A DNA stretch of 64,000 nucleotides from the NCBI RefSeq assembly GCF_009914755.1, contig NC_060936.1; one strand, given 5' to 3'. Below are positions 26,991 to 40,829 of this stretch, piece by piece (within the stretch, counting starts at the first letter, position 1; every line of letters begins with the position of its first letter). The position numbers and the translations under genes are program-made. This DNA is from the human T2T-CHM13v2.0 reference genome, Homo sapiens. The notes under the pieces were generated by a model. That model was not told where the DNA came from. It saw only the letters and a program-made list of their open reading frames with translations, and searched no databases.

Positions 26991-28959
26991 CATGTTTGTA
27001 TCTGACTCCTCATCTGCCAATCTGGGATAGCATCTGCCTCCTTTAGACCACACAGAAAGAGCAGATGTTCAAAACATGGTTGACCACTAATTAAACTCTG
27101 AACAATAGACAGCTTAATGCCCAAAACTATTCCTTATACCTAGCTTTTTGCAAAAATTAGGTTCCTGAAACTCTGGAATGTAATAAATTTGTGTTAATCA
27201 AATTAGGTCTTTTTTTAATTAACAAGAAATTCATTATGCAAAACTGGGGCTGTTGTTCTATCTGGCTTCTACAATGGATACACACTGATAGGTGTGTTGA
27301 CAAAAGGAAACCGCAATTAGCAGATGTATAAATTGTCCTTATGTTTGCAGTTACAAAGGTTGAATGTTGGTCTTAGTAATACTGTGTGCATCCTTGATAC
27401 ACTGCAGTGGAAGATTAAGAAGAAATGTAGAAATTGCCAGTTCCAATCTAGCAGCCAGAGCAGCCAATTCCCAGTTCTCAGAGATGGGGGGAAATACCTG
27501 AATGGGAGGCAACTTCTTAACTATTTAGAGACATAGATATCATTTCAAAAGTTATCACCCTTTTTTAAAAAATCAAGGTAGGGGATGAGGAGACGCCCTC
27601 CACCAAAAATAAAAAATAATGTTATAGTGTTGTAGATCCTTAAGCTCTTAAGAGAGACAATAGGGATTTCTGCTAAAGTAGGACAGATTTCTGTTAGAAG
27701 TTTTTTAAAAATTTCTCAATATTTAGGAAGGTTTTCGTTCCCCACACAGAAACTAAGATAGCATATGAAACTTGACCGAGGAAGGTTTAGGGCTTTGGGA
27801 GGAAGAACTAATGAAGTACTTATGAAAATCACAATTTCATTTACCAATGATGACATGGTCTAGAATTGCCCACATACATGATCTGCTTATTCAAGGTCAA
27901 AATAAATGCTAATCAATAAAAGGTATTGTCCTCCAGGGCACAGCACTTAGCATAACCTGTGATCTTAAATACTACACAAGAATGGTTTTCTTTAACAGAC
28001 CTGAGTGTTATAACCAAGTAAACTTGCTACGTAAGTCCTGCCTCTTAACCTTTCATCTCAGGGCCTGTATCTGAGACCTTTGTTTATTAACCTGATAACT
28101 CTCCCGCCACAGTTTATCTTGCAAGTGATAGAGCAGTCTCAATATTTCCTAGTAACCAGCCATTTCGGAGAAAGCACAAAACGTTTGTTCAGCCAACATG
28201 GTAGTGTCTGGCTGTCTGGCCATCTCCAAGGGGATCTTGGCTTATGTACAACTATAGATATGACAAAGCTGTCTATAATAATTTTAACTGTTGGATGCAT
28301 TATCTCAATGCTGAAAACCCCTTCATAATTGTACAAACACATAAAACCTGGCAAATAAACTACCTTTTTAAATATAGTGGAATTATCTCTTATCCATTCA
28401 CCACGGAACTAAATGTAACAAATAACTGTTATAGCACCACAGCATACAACCAGTGGCTTCCTCAGAAACTTCAATCCAATACCTTTTAAAGAAAATAAAA
28501 CAAGATTTCTAGAGTATTAAACTGGAAGAATATATTTATTCATGTGGTAAGAGTGGTGTTGGGAGGAAGAAAAGGGTTGTACCTTCTTTAGAATACTACA
28601 TGTCTATAGACTCGGAATCTCATCATTACCAAAAGCTTATATACAAGATTTATTTCCAATAGAAAACAGGTCAATAGCCTTCCCATAGATAAGGACTTGA
28701 AACTGTGAGCAATTATCTAATAAAAGCTTTTAAACTAAATTGCTAATTAAGGTGAATTTAATATGCATATCAGGCAGGAATGAGGAGCGTGTAATTTATG
28801 TATCACAAAGCCTAGAACAAGTATATTACAATTCAGTAGTTTAGAGATATTATTTTTTGATTAAAGTATATTACAAACAAATGCCCTTTCCCCTGATTTC
28901 AAGATCAACAGGAAGACATTGAGATTTTACCACTTTCTTAAGGCCATTGGTTTCATAAG

Positions 28960-29100
28960 TTACAGAAATTTAGAGCAGAAGTGATCTTAAGGGATTATCT
29001 AAAAACTGCTTCATTTTACAGATGAAGAAAGTGATGCCCAGAAAGGTTAAAGAACTTGTGCAAAGAACAAAATCCAGGCAAGACTTCTCTGGGCTCTACT
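28960..29100 (-). mobile_element. MIR SINE
   Basis: cattttacagatgaagaaagtgatgcccagaaaggttaaagaacttg. Confidence 0.75.
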
Positions 29101-29313
29101 CTTACATCCTCCATTTTCCAGCTGCACATAAATAGCAAAGGTTGGTTTTCCACATAAGCTTTGGGGAACTGTAACTAGAAAGATATTTGAATGATAGGCA
29201 TTCATAAGCACTCCTAAAGGAAGCAAGAATTGTTAGCTTTGAAATAACACAACCGCTGTTCTCAAGTGCTGAATGACAACTTTTTGCTCATCTGTTAAAA
29301 TTTAGTTGCTGTA

Positions 29314-29612
29314 GGCCGGGCGCAGTGGCTTACGCCTGTATTCCCAGCACTTTGGGAGGCCAAGGCAGGTGGATCACGAGGTCAGGGGTTCAAGACCAGC
29401 CTGGCCAAGATAGTGAAACTCCTTGTCTACTAAAAATGCCAAAAAAAATTATCCAGGTGTGGTGGCAGGCCTCTGTAACCTCAGCTACTTGAGAGGCTGA
29501 GGCAGAGAATTGCTTGAACCCGGGAGGCAGAGGTTGCAGTGAGCCGAGATCATGCCACTGCACTCCAGCCTGGGTGACAGAGCGAGACTCCATCTCAAAA
29601 AAAAAAAAAAAA
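29314..29612 (+). mobile_element. AluS (Sg-like)
   Basis: Full Alu with poly-A; TSD aaaat(t/g)tagttgctgta. Confidence 0.96.
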
Positions 29613-30206
29613 TGTAGTTGCTGTAAAAATAACAAACATTTTTCACTTGTCCCTAACTCATCTTGTTAACAGTGACAAATGACTCATTGAGAAATGACTT
29701 TTAACAGCTTCCAATTGCCTGATGAATTTTTATAACTGCCTTTTACTGGGTCAAGGAGCAGCCATGTGTAACCCTTTGGGGCCATTATTGGGTACAAACT
29801 CTGTGGCAATCGCACTTGCTATATCATTCATTCAGTTGATAAGCCAGAGGGATCAAAGTTAACATGCTCACACTTAGTACACCTCATCCCCCGAAGGAAA
29901 GAGAAATGCCTGCCCTTGGCTTCAATGAAAAACACGTAAGAGAACATGTAGGTGGATAGGAACAACATTAGCAATACTATAGCACAATCCCAAGAGCATG
30001 ACAAGAGGCCCCTTGCACTATTATATCCATATACAAAAGTCCACATATATATTTCTAAAGAAAGGTACAAAATAGAATCCTTTGCATCGTAATACTTTAG
30101 AGCTCAGACAAAAATCCACTTCTCCTGATATCTATTCTAATGTTCTCTCCTTTATACTCATAGATCATAATGACTCATTAAAACTTCCAGCAAGCTTGTG
30201 TGTTAA

Positions 30207-30518
<312 letters not shown>

Positions 30519-30572
30519 TAAAATAATCTTATGTGATGGCAACTTTTAGATTCCTAATTGTAGGTATTCTAA

Positions 30573-30890
<318 letters not shown>

Positions 30891-32498
30891 AATGCTAATC
30901 TATTCTTAAAGATTCTCTTTGTGAAAAGAACTATTGTGGCTTACTACTATAACTTCTCCTTTTTTTCTCTTCACTAAAAAACTAATTTAAAACGGAGTGA
31001 CTAATTTATTGCTGTGCTCAATTGTGTTAATAATGCCTGAACTAAAATAAAAATTGCTTTGTCAGGGTGGAGGAAATATGAAAAAAATATTTTTAATTTT
31101 CTTTCATAACGTTTTAAAGTTGCTCTCATAATGATGAACTTTTGAAAAATTACTTATGCTCTCACTTTGAAAATTATTACAGGGTCTTTCTAAGGAAAAA
31201 GGAGGACCTGAATTTAAGAGTAACCTTGAGTTAAAAAGAAAAAGCAAAGTGATAAGATCAAAGGCAAAATTAGCCCTAAGGACTTCAGGTTCTCTGAAAA
31301 ATTTGTTCTCTTCCCAAACATCAGTTAGAATAAAGCAGATGTACTGTTCTTTAGTCAGCCGGATACAATCAAAGCATTACCTTCTATATCAATGGAACAA
31401 GAATTTCCATAAATTATTAAGGACAGCCTATTTGGACTGAAGGTCAAAGACGCCCTTTTTAAAAGTATGTTTGCACTTCAGTTAGTACAGTTTTCTCTTT
31501 TTCATTTGCAGAAAGTAAGTGGTTAAAACTATAATGCTGAAGAAAAATGTCCTCCTGAGTCACAAAGCTAAGAATGTCTAGAGCCACTTCCGAATATAAG
31601 TTTTTTCTGGAGATTTATACCTCTGCTGATTCACAACTTCCCAAACACTGAGAGGATGAGGGGGGGAAAGGTAGCCGCCTCTTCCAGTTAACTATAAAAT
31701 GTATTTTTTAAAAATCATATGGTCTTTAGAAATGTGAAAGCAGTTGGGCTCTTTATATTTACAGAAATTAAGATTTCCCCCACTTAAATATATTTTTATA
31801 TGAGTTACTTATTGGGTAGGGGAAGATAGCACTGTGGAGGGAAGAGAATATTCCTTCTCATTTGATATTTTTAAGAATCACAAAGACAAACGGCAAACTA
31901 AGTTGCACAATGAAAGATCATCCCAACTGATGAGCTAAACTTACAAAGTGTGAACCAAAGAAATGAATGACAACTGGCAAAAAGATCCAACTGTGATGGA
32001 CTCTTAGACACACAGACTAGTTACATGAATATAATGCTGTTTTCTTTACCAGCAACAATTTCTCTCAAGGATAAGAAAAAGGGAAACACACATTAACACA
32101 GGATCTGCTGTGCCAGAGGCTTTGCTGAGGTTTTACTGGACACCTTTAAACCTCAGTGTAAGCCTGCAATGGCTCCCATTTTATAAGGATAAGAAAGGCC
32201 CAAACAGAGATGAGGGTAACAACATGTACTAACTACCTACTACGTGCATTCATTCAACAAATATTAATTAATTGATGTATTCATTAAGTCCACCTGGAGT
32301 CAGGAAAATTAAAAAATATCCTGTTTCCTGAAAACTAAATTGACAAATCTAAAATGGCTTGGAGACATCAGGACAAAGGGAACACTAAACACCCATTTCA
32401 GTTTACCAGCGCTAGCAGCAGGGATGATTGACATGCACGGAATAGAGGACAATGATCTAATTGCTCAGAATCCATATGTTTGTGTGAAACCATCTAGC

Positions 32499-32716
32499 AT
32501 TCTGCGCTGTCCAAGACAGTAATCGCTAGCAATATGTAGCAATTTAATTTAAACTTAAATTAGTTAAAAACTCAGGGAAGTTAAAACTTTAGTTCCTCGG
32601 TCACAGTAGCTACACATCAAGTGCTCAATAGCCACTTCAGACAAGTGGCTACTGTAATGGACAGTGCAGATATAGAACACACCACCATCACAGAATGTCC
32701 TATTGGATAGCACTGT
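32499..32716 (-). mobile_element. MER3 (hAT-Charlie MITE)
   Basis: ctgcgctgtcca...caagtgctcaatagccac...gtggctac...ggacagtgcagatatagaaca...ctattggatagcactg. Confidence 0.85.
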
Positions 32717-32789
32717 TGGATTCTAAACATCCTAAATCAGATAAGGAATTTAACATATACTCTTGATTCAGAGGGCTTTTTTTTTAAAA

Positions 32790-33130
32790 TACTACTTTAC
32801 ATTTATATAGCACTTCATGATTTTCCAAAGACTGAAAAGGAGTATTTATCTGATCCATGCTAAAATTATACTCCTACTATGGTGAAGGAACTTGGAATTT
32901 AGAGAAGTTATGTGACTGACAAGGTCATATATTAGTATCCAAGAGCAGAGAAGATAATCTCAGTCTCCTAGTTCAGCATTTTCAGAGCAGAGTGAAAATA
33001 TAATCACTCAGAAGTCCAACACAGCTTTGAATCTCATCTTCAATACAGACCAGTTGTATGACGTGGAACAAGTATTTAGCATTCTGGGCTTCAGTTTCCT
33101 CATCTGAAAAACTGGGATGATAATGACAAC
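32790..33130. mobile_element. Two adjacent MIR fragments in opposite orientations
   Basis: ttagagaagttatgtgact..caaggtcata (minus); gggcttcagtttcctcatctgaaaaactgggatgataat (plus). Confidence 0.65.
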
Positions 33131-34675
33131 TCCACAGAAAGTAATATTAACTACCAGATGGTATGAGCTTGGTATACTATCCAGGTGACTACCTTCGCCT
33201 GAACACTAAGCAGGATTTTTTTTTTAATCTTAATTTTCAAAAAAATTCAATGCTATTTTCTACAAATAGAATTAGCAGAAGTGGTTCAAAATTTAGGAAG
33301 CTGATTTTGAGTACATTGGCATTTCCAACTGTTATATATACTCTCCTCTCAGCTGCTATATTTGGGCTACCTCAGAATTGTTGTCAGAATTAAATGAGAA
33401 TTTAAATAGCACATAAGATCTGACATGTAGATGTGTCCAATAAGTGCAAGTTCTCGCTTCACCTTCCTTCTCTACCCTAACGCCCTGTAAGTCTTCCTGG
33501 TGTGTACCTGCAGCACCACACAATTTAGGAAGCCTAGACTCTATCCTGCATGGATAAATGACTCAGCAAGCTTATTTACAGTGTGATGGTTTAACATACA
33601 ACTTCCATAAGACTATATATTACATATTATAATAGAAAGCAGTAGGAAAATAACCTTAAGTATTCAGAAAATCACATTACGGGAAGCTTTAAGAATGTAT
33701 TTATTCCATATATTGATTACTCAGCTAATAGAGAGGTATGTTCTAAAATATGTCTTCAGTTTTGCTTAGAAGATCTGAAGCAGACTTACCTTCTTAAGTA
33801 TATTGGGTTAAAGAAACTAAACTTAATCTACATACTCTAGGTCAATGATTTATAATTTTAGGTCAGCTCTGAATTTTTTGAGCAGCTGTATTTTAACTAC
33901 TTTAGTTTTTACAAAATGTATTTGTACTATACCGATCCACAAAAGAGTCCTGAAACAAAGAAATGATGACAGACTAGTCTACCCTCAAAGAGGTAGGTAC
34001 TTTAAGCATCTTCTGGTTGGTACTAAAACCATTTGGCCTCAGAATAGGCCAAAAGATGTGAATCTTAAAATACCTGGGAAAAATCTACCATGGATAGTCA
34101 ACATTTATTTGTTCCTTAGAGCCAATAGAGGCTCTACATACACATTTCACTGGAATCTGATACCAATCCTCTAACGCCTAAAGTAGGGCAGGTGTTATTC
34201 TATTTTTCCAGGTGAGGAACTTGAGAGTTCAAGAGATGACATGATACAGATAATTATAAAACCAGGACTAGAATTCAGGAAGTTTGATTTCTCATCTGAT
34301 GGCTTTTCTATTATCCAACCACCAAATTAAGTGAAGCTCTAATTAGAACAGGTCTAAACACAATAATGATATTTCATCTATTAAATCAAAACCAGTGTAT
34401 AGAGAATGGCCACATGCACCAAACCACAGATGGCCAGTAAAGAGGAATCAGAAAAACCCATAGATATTAGACAGGCAGCAAGAGGGCATCAAATTGAATC
34501 AAGTTGTCTAGCTCCATACTTCTGAGCTCTGTGATTGCTTCTGTTTTCTTCTGCATTTTTATTAATAACAAGAAAGAGATATAGACAGAATGCACATTGA
34601 GTTTCAGATGGCACAAATTTGGAAGAAATGATGAGAATGCTGAGGAACAAATCAACGTTTAAAAAATTATCAGTC

Positions 34676-35108
34676 ATCAACGGTAGATTGGATAAAGAAA
34701 ATGTGGTACATATATGCCATGGAATACTACGCAGCCATAAAAAAGAATGAAATCATGTTCTTCATAGCAACATGAACACAGCTAGAGGCCATTATCCTAA
34801 GTGAATTAATAATGCAGTAACAAAAACCAAATACATATGTTCTCACATATGAGTGGAAGCTAAACACCGCATACACATGGACACACAGAGCAGAGCAATA
34901 GACACTGGAGACTTCTAGAGGGAGGAGGCTGGGGGCGGGGTGTGTGGGAAGAAAAACTACCTATCAGGTACTATGCTCGCTACCTGGGTGACAAGATCAT
35001 CTGTACCCCAAACCTCAGCATCATACAATATACTCATGTAACAAATGTGCACTTGTATCCCCTGAATCTAAAATATAAGTTGAAATTATTTTTTTAAAGG
35101 TGCAGGAA
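34676..35108 (+). mobile_element. L1PB-type 3' end with TSD
   Basis: ggataaagaaaatgtggtacatata...ctaaaatataagttgaaatta; TSD aaaaaatt(a/c)tcagt. Confidence 0.92.
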
Positions 35109-35180
35109 AAAAAATTCTCAGTGAGCCATAGACCAAATCTAACAAAAGGAGAGTTTTAGTGAGATAAATATGAGACCCTC

Positions 35181-35915
35181 TGTGATGGACTGAATTATTG
35201 AATTATGTCCCCCCAAAATTCCTATGTTGAAGCCTTAACCCTCAGTACGTGAGTATTTGGAGATAGAACCTTTAAAGGGGTGATTAAGTTAAAATGAGGC
35301 CATTAGGGTGGGCCCTAATCCAAGCTGACTACTGTCCTTATAAGAAGAGGAATTTTAAAATTGTTTTATTTTTAATTATTATGGATATATAATAGTTGTG
35401 CATATTTATGGAGCATATGTGATATTCTGCTAGAAGCATTCTGCTGGAAGTGTAATGATCAAATCAGGGTAATGGGGATATCTATCACCTCAAGTATTTA
35501 TCATTTCTTTGTATTAGGACGTTCCAATTCCACTCTTTTAGTTATTTTGAAATACACAACAAATTATTTTTAACTATAGTTACCCTATTGTGCTAATTGA
35601 ACGTTAGATCTTATTCCTTCTATTTAACTGTATTTTTGTACCCATTAACTATCCCCTAAGAAGAGGAATTTGAACATACATGGAGACCCTAGGGATGTGC
35701 ACACAGAAAAGAAAAACCACATAAGGACACAGCAAGAAGGCAGCCATCTGTAAGCCCAGCAGAAACCGACCATGCTGGCACCTTCATCAGAAGAAAGCAA
35801 GCCTGTTGACACCTTGATCTTAGACTTCCAGCCTCCAGAACTGTGAGAAAATAAATTTCTGTTGGGTAAGCCACCCAGACTGCTATTTTGTGATAGCAGC
35901 CCTGGCAAATTAATA
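35181..35915 (+). mobile_element. MLT1A/B-like LTR split by an L1MA 3' fragment
   Basis: tgtgatggactgaatt...gggtgggccctaatcc...gacttccagcctccagaactgtgagaaaataaatttctgttg. Confidence 0.9.
35356..35656 (-). mobile_element. L1MA 3' UTR fragment
   Basis: atcagggtaatggggatatctatcacctcaag...; perfect 15-bp TSD taagaagaggaattt (35341-35355, 35657-35671). Confidence 0.9.
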
Positions 35916-36169
35916 TGCCTGCATTTGGGAAACAAACAAACACAAAACAAACAGAATACCTGTTGAGTGAATGATATCTTGCTCAACAATATGTGATGGC
36001 CAAGGAGAGGAAGAAGCTTCCGTAATAGTAAGCTCTATGTATGTTCATCATGTATTTAACTACCAAAAAAAAGTACAACACAGAATAATTTAGACAGGGT
36101 CTAATATTTGTAGCAGCAAGATCTCTGGTGCCAGACACAATGGTTTTACCAACCCTGTCATTTCCTAAT

Positions 36170-36320
36170 TGTTTGATTTAGGCAGGTCATATCTCTCTGT
36201 GCCTCAGTGTCTTTGTCTATAAAATGGGAATGACATGTACTTCACAGGATGGTTGATAGGGCCCAAGAGGACCCAAGAGAGGACCCAAGGAGATAAGTGC
36301 TTAGCACAAAGCTTGGCATG
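36170..36320 (+). mobile_element. MIR SINE
   Basis: tctctgtgcctcagtgtctttgtctataaaatggga...aagtgcttagcaca. Confidence 0.75.
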
Positions 36321-36345
36321 GAGAAAAAAATAAACAAAAGCCACT

Positions 36346-37362
36346 TTTTTTTTCATTTTATTTTTAAGGTCAGGGGTACACACGCAGGTTTGTATATAGG
36401 TAAATTCATGTCATGGGGGTTTGCTGTACAGATTATTTCATCACCCACATATTAAGCCTAACCCATTAGTTATCCTTCCTGATCCTCTCTCTCCTGCCAC
36501 CCTCCACCCTCTGGTAGGACCCTGTGTCTGTTGCTCCCCTCTATGTGTCTATGTGTTCTTATTATTTAGCTCCCACCTATAAGTGAGAATATGGGGCATT
36601 TGATTTTCTGTTCTTGCATTAGTTTACTAAGGATAATGGCCTCCAGCTCCATCCATGTTCCTGCAAAGGACATGATACTCTTTTTTATGGCTGCACAGTA
36701 TTTCATGGTTTATATGTACCATATTTTCTTTATCCAGACTACCACTGATGGGCATTTAGGTTAATTCCATGTCTTTGCTATTGTGAACAGTGCTACAATG
36801 AACATATGTATGCATGTGTCTTTATGATAGAATGATTTATATTCCTTTGGGTATGTGCCCAGTAATGGGATTGCTGGGCCAGATAATATTTCCGTCTTTA
36901 AGTCTTTGAGGAGTCACCACACTGGTTGAACTAATTTACATTCTGGAGCATCAATGATATATAAGCATTACTTTTTCTCTGCAACCTCAATAGCACCTGT
37001 TATTTTTTGATTTTTTGATAATAGCCATTCTGATTGGTGAGAGATGATATCTTATTGTGGTTTTGATTTGCATTTCTCTAAAGATCAGTGGTGTTGGGTT
37101 TTCTTTCATATGCTTGTTGGCCACATGTATGTCTTCTCTTGAAAAGTGTCTGTTCATGTCCTTTGCCCACTTTTTAATGGGATTGTTTCTTTTTCTCTTG
37201 TAGATTTAAATTCCTTATAGATGCTGGATATTAGGCCTTTGTCAGATGCGTAGTTTGCAAATATTTTCTCCCATTGTGGAGGTTGTCTGTTTACTCTGTT
37301 GATAGTTTCTTTTAAGGTGCTGAAGCTCTTTAGTTTGATTAGACTCCATTTGTCCATTTTTG
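36346..37362 (-). mobile_element. Old L1PA/L1PB 3' portion (~1 kb)
   Basis: ORF2 C-terminal fragment [39 protein letters not shown] plus 3' UTR; TSD aaaagccact(t/c)tttt. Confidence 0.93.
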
Positions 37363-37999
37363 AAAAGCCACTCTTTTAAGTATTAGTATCATCCTTATCA
37401 TAGGTTGAGAGTCTCACTCTACTTAGGGATGATCAGATCACATCTGAATATGGTATCAGTTTTGGTTCTTTAAACCCCTCTTTTAAAAAGTATAATGATA
37501 ATAAAAATAACAGCAAATGCCATTTATTAGAGTGTCTGCACTGCATCAAGTGTTATATTTCACCTCTTTAATTAATCTTCACAACTTGCCTTAAACTGTG
37601 TGTAATTATCAACATTTTACAAATGAGAAAGAAAAACGAAACTGAAACACATAAATCCAGTAAGTGGTGGAGCTAGGATTCAAAGCTGGATGTGTCTGAC
37701 TTCAAAGGACATTCTCTCCCCTTTCGTGCATGCTCAGAGTGATGAGACTTGAAACAATATCTAATAAGAAAAATGACAAGGGAATATCAAGAACACTCAT
37801 AAGAACATAGCATTGTTTTTCAATGTTATAAAGCCTCTTACTAAGAAGATGAATCAGGATTTGTATGATAAGTATTAATAGAACCAAACCAAGGAGTAGA
37901 AGTTATATGGGGCAAGAGTACACTTCAACATAGAACGTTCTAGCAGAATAAGCAGAAGACAGAATAAGTATTCTTCTACTCTTTATGTCCATGGGTAGT

Positions 38000-38317
38000 G
38001 GAGTACTGGGGGTAGCGGGGGGTGAGAATGGTTAATGGGTACAAAACAATAGAAAGAATGAATAAGACCTACTATTTGATAGCACAACAGGCTTACTATA
38101 GTCAAATAACTCAATTGTACATTTTTAAATAACTTAAAGCATATAATTAAATTATTTGTAACTCAAAGGATAAATGCTTGTGGGGATAGATACCTCATTC
38201 TCCATGATGTGCTTATTTCACATGGCATGCCTGTATCAAAACCTCTCATGTACCCCATAAATATGTACACCTACTATGTACCCCTCCAAAAATTTTTTTA
38301 ATTAAAAAAAAAAAAAG
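38000..38317 (+). mobile_element. L1MA 3' UTR fragment with poly-A
   Basis: atggttaatgggtacaaaa..tagaaagaatgaataagacctactatttgatagcacaacagg...tacacctactatgtaccc. Confidence 0.9.
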
Positions 38318-39139
38318 ATGGAAAAAGTTTCTTCAAGAATGGCCACATAACCACTTAGCAGGAATGTGGTAAAGTATCAGCCAAGTAGTTGTTAACAGGC
38401 GATGTTTGGGGTCCTTCTCAGACCTAATACAATCTCTAAAGCTATATCCATGCATCAAGGATACATAGGCAACAGGAATACTAAGAGAAGCAGAGGTCTA
38501 ACAATTGGCAGTTATTGGGAGTCCTAGTAAAAAGTGACCAGCAAGAAAATGTACTGGATCACCAACTGCAGTGACTAAGATCTAGACTTCAGTCTCAGAA
38601 GAACTGGGGTTCCAGACAGGGAAAGAAAAAAGGCCACAACATGAGGGAGCATGGTCTCATTTCTGGTTGCTGAGCTACAAGTCTTAGGCAGAGTAAACAG
38701 AGTAAGGTCCTGTCTGAAGCAGGATGGCTCAGTGGCTCAAAGCAGTGAATGGTGTCGATTCAAATTTCTGTCTCACCACTGACCAGCTGTGTGTCTCTGG
38801 CCAGGTTATATTGTGAATGTTCACTAGATGTTGGTTCATATTATTATTATTTGTGAATATGGATATTGTCCCAGGATATGGGGCAAAACCAAGACTAAAC
38901 ACAGGTTACCTTTTTTCAGAAGATTATAGCAACATAGAAGGACATCAGTAAGCCATAGAATCTTCTACTTTTAAACCAGAAAATATAAAAGCTCTACTTC
39001 TGAGAACTGAGTCCTACTTACAGAAGCTTCTAAACTTAAGAAAAGCTAAGCTTAAATTGCAGTTAAAGTTTCCAGTCATGTTCTTTCCTTATGTAAAACA
39101 ATTATATGTGTAGTTCAATTCAAAATGCATTCATGCATA

Positions 39140-39350
39140 GGGCATAAGGTTTAAGAATGTGGGCTCCACGACCATATTATCTGTGTCCAAATTCTATCTG
39201 GATAACTACTAGCTGGTTCATCTTGCCAAGTTATTTAAGATCTCTGGACCTCGCTTCTTTCATCTGTAAAATGGAGATGATCATAGTACCTACTTCAGAA
39301 GGTCAGGATAAGGATTTATAAGGAACAACAATGCCTGCCTGCAAAGCAAG
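39140..39350 (+). mobile_element. MIR SINE
   Basis: ggtttaagaatgtgggctc...catctgtaaaatggagatgatcatagtacctacttca. Confidence 0.8.
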
Positions 39351-39596
39351 AGTTGAGTTACCTATTATTATAATTCTGATTAATTGCCAGGCATTGTGAT
39401 AGGTGTAGGAGACACAATGAAAATTTATATAATATATTGTTATGCTATGTTATATTACATTACATTACATTCTAATGTTATACTGTCTTATTAACTGTCT
39501 CACTTACTAGAAGCAACCTCCATGAGAGCAGGTACTTCAGATCCTAGAGGAGCTTCTGGGCTAGCAAAGAAGACAGATTCAAAAGCAGAACTCCAC

Positions 39597-39718
39597 TGAC
39601 GGAATGTGGCGGCTCACACCTGTAATCCCAATACTTTGGGAGGCCAAGTTGAGAGAATCACTGAGGACAGGAGTTCGAGACCAGCCTGGGCAACATAGCA
39701 AAACCCCATGTCTACAAA

Positions 39719-39753
<35 letters not shown>

Positions 39754-39760
39754 CAAAAGA
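39597..39760 (+). mobile_element. FLAM-C-like Alu monomer with (AAT)n tail
   Basis: Single left monomer ending accccatgtctacaaaaa(taa)n; degenerate TSD aaaag(c/a)agaa(c/t)t(c/t)ca. Confidence 0.85.
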
Positions 39761-40589
39761 AGAATTTCAAATAACATGTGCCAAGTGCAATGATGGCTTA
39801 ACCTTCCAGTGGGTATAGTGAGGCCAGAGTAGAAAGTAGCTAATTTAATCTGGGAACCCTTCCTGGATGAGGGAATGCCTAAAGTAAGTCTTCAAGAATG
39901 AGTAGATGGCAAAGTTCTGGTGGAATCTTTGGAATCTTTTAGTCAAAAGAGATTTCGCCCAAAAGGTTAGCAAGTAAAATCCTCTCCAGGTGTCCTAACT
40001 GATTTAGTATCAATAATAACAATAATCAACCATCAGATTAAAAGATTTGATGATATCCATTGAAACAAGAAAATCATTTTGTCTAATTTTGAACGAGCTG
40101 TTGCCCAGTGATTGACATGAATGTATTTCAGTTGGAAAGTATTGCCCAAATAATTGAAGAAGAAAAAAGTCACTGGAAAACAGGTAATAAGATTCACATC
40201 TTAGAGTATTTGGAAAAGGAAAGAATATGCAAAAGAAGCTAGCTTCTAAGTGGAAAAATATGAAATAACTAATGACATGTTACCTGTGACCCTGCAAGTG
40301 AACTGGATCCTCTTTAAGGGCAGCGGATGTTTCTTACACTTTTTGTAGCTCCAGCTCCTAAAGTAGTGCTTGGCAATAAAGGTCTAATTAATTAACACCT
40401 GAACAAATAGAGTTGAAATACTGGCTTTTTAAAAATAGGAAATGATAAAGTCATCTTTGAAATAAGCATAATAATTACCAACTTTTTTAAAGCACTTATT
40501 GCAAAGCCAAGCACTGCATTAAGACTGCACATGGATTATCACAATTTAGTCTTGTAAGGTCAGTCCTACTTTTATTCTCACTTTGCAGA

Positions 40590-40745
40590 TTTGTTCACTG
40601 ATTTAACAAATATTTATTAGAGAACTAATACTTTCCAGGCATTGTTCTGGGAGCTGTGGGCAGAGCAGTGAACAAAGGAGACTAAGTACCTGCTCTCACG
40701 GAGGTTGCTTCTAGTAAGGGAGACAAACAGTTAATAAGACAGTAA
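40590..40745 (-). mobile_element. L2 3' end
   Basis: atttaacaaatatttatt...ccaggcattgttctgggagctg...gcagtgaacaaa...cctgctctcacggag. Confidence 0.8.
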
Positions 40746-40829
40746 AACATTAGAATGTAATGTAATGTAATATAATATAGAATAATAATATAACATAATA
40801 TAATAATATAATATGATAAATATAATATG

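Larger units (their letters stand above)
34560..38420 (+). mobile_element. Fragmented CR1/L3 LINE relic hosting several younger insertions
   Basis: Pieces at ~34560-34675, 35115-35180, 37390-37480 (atcagatcacatctg.aatatggtatcagttttgg, close to CR1 motif RPHLEYCVQFW), 37700-37990 and 38320-38420. Confidence 0.5.
39440..40785. repeat. Inverted repeat pair, ~100-bp arms (39440-39537 and 40684-40785)
   Basis: Reverse complement of arm 1 matches arm 2 with 5 substitutions and one 4-bp indel. Confidence 0.93.
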
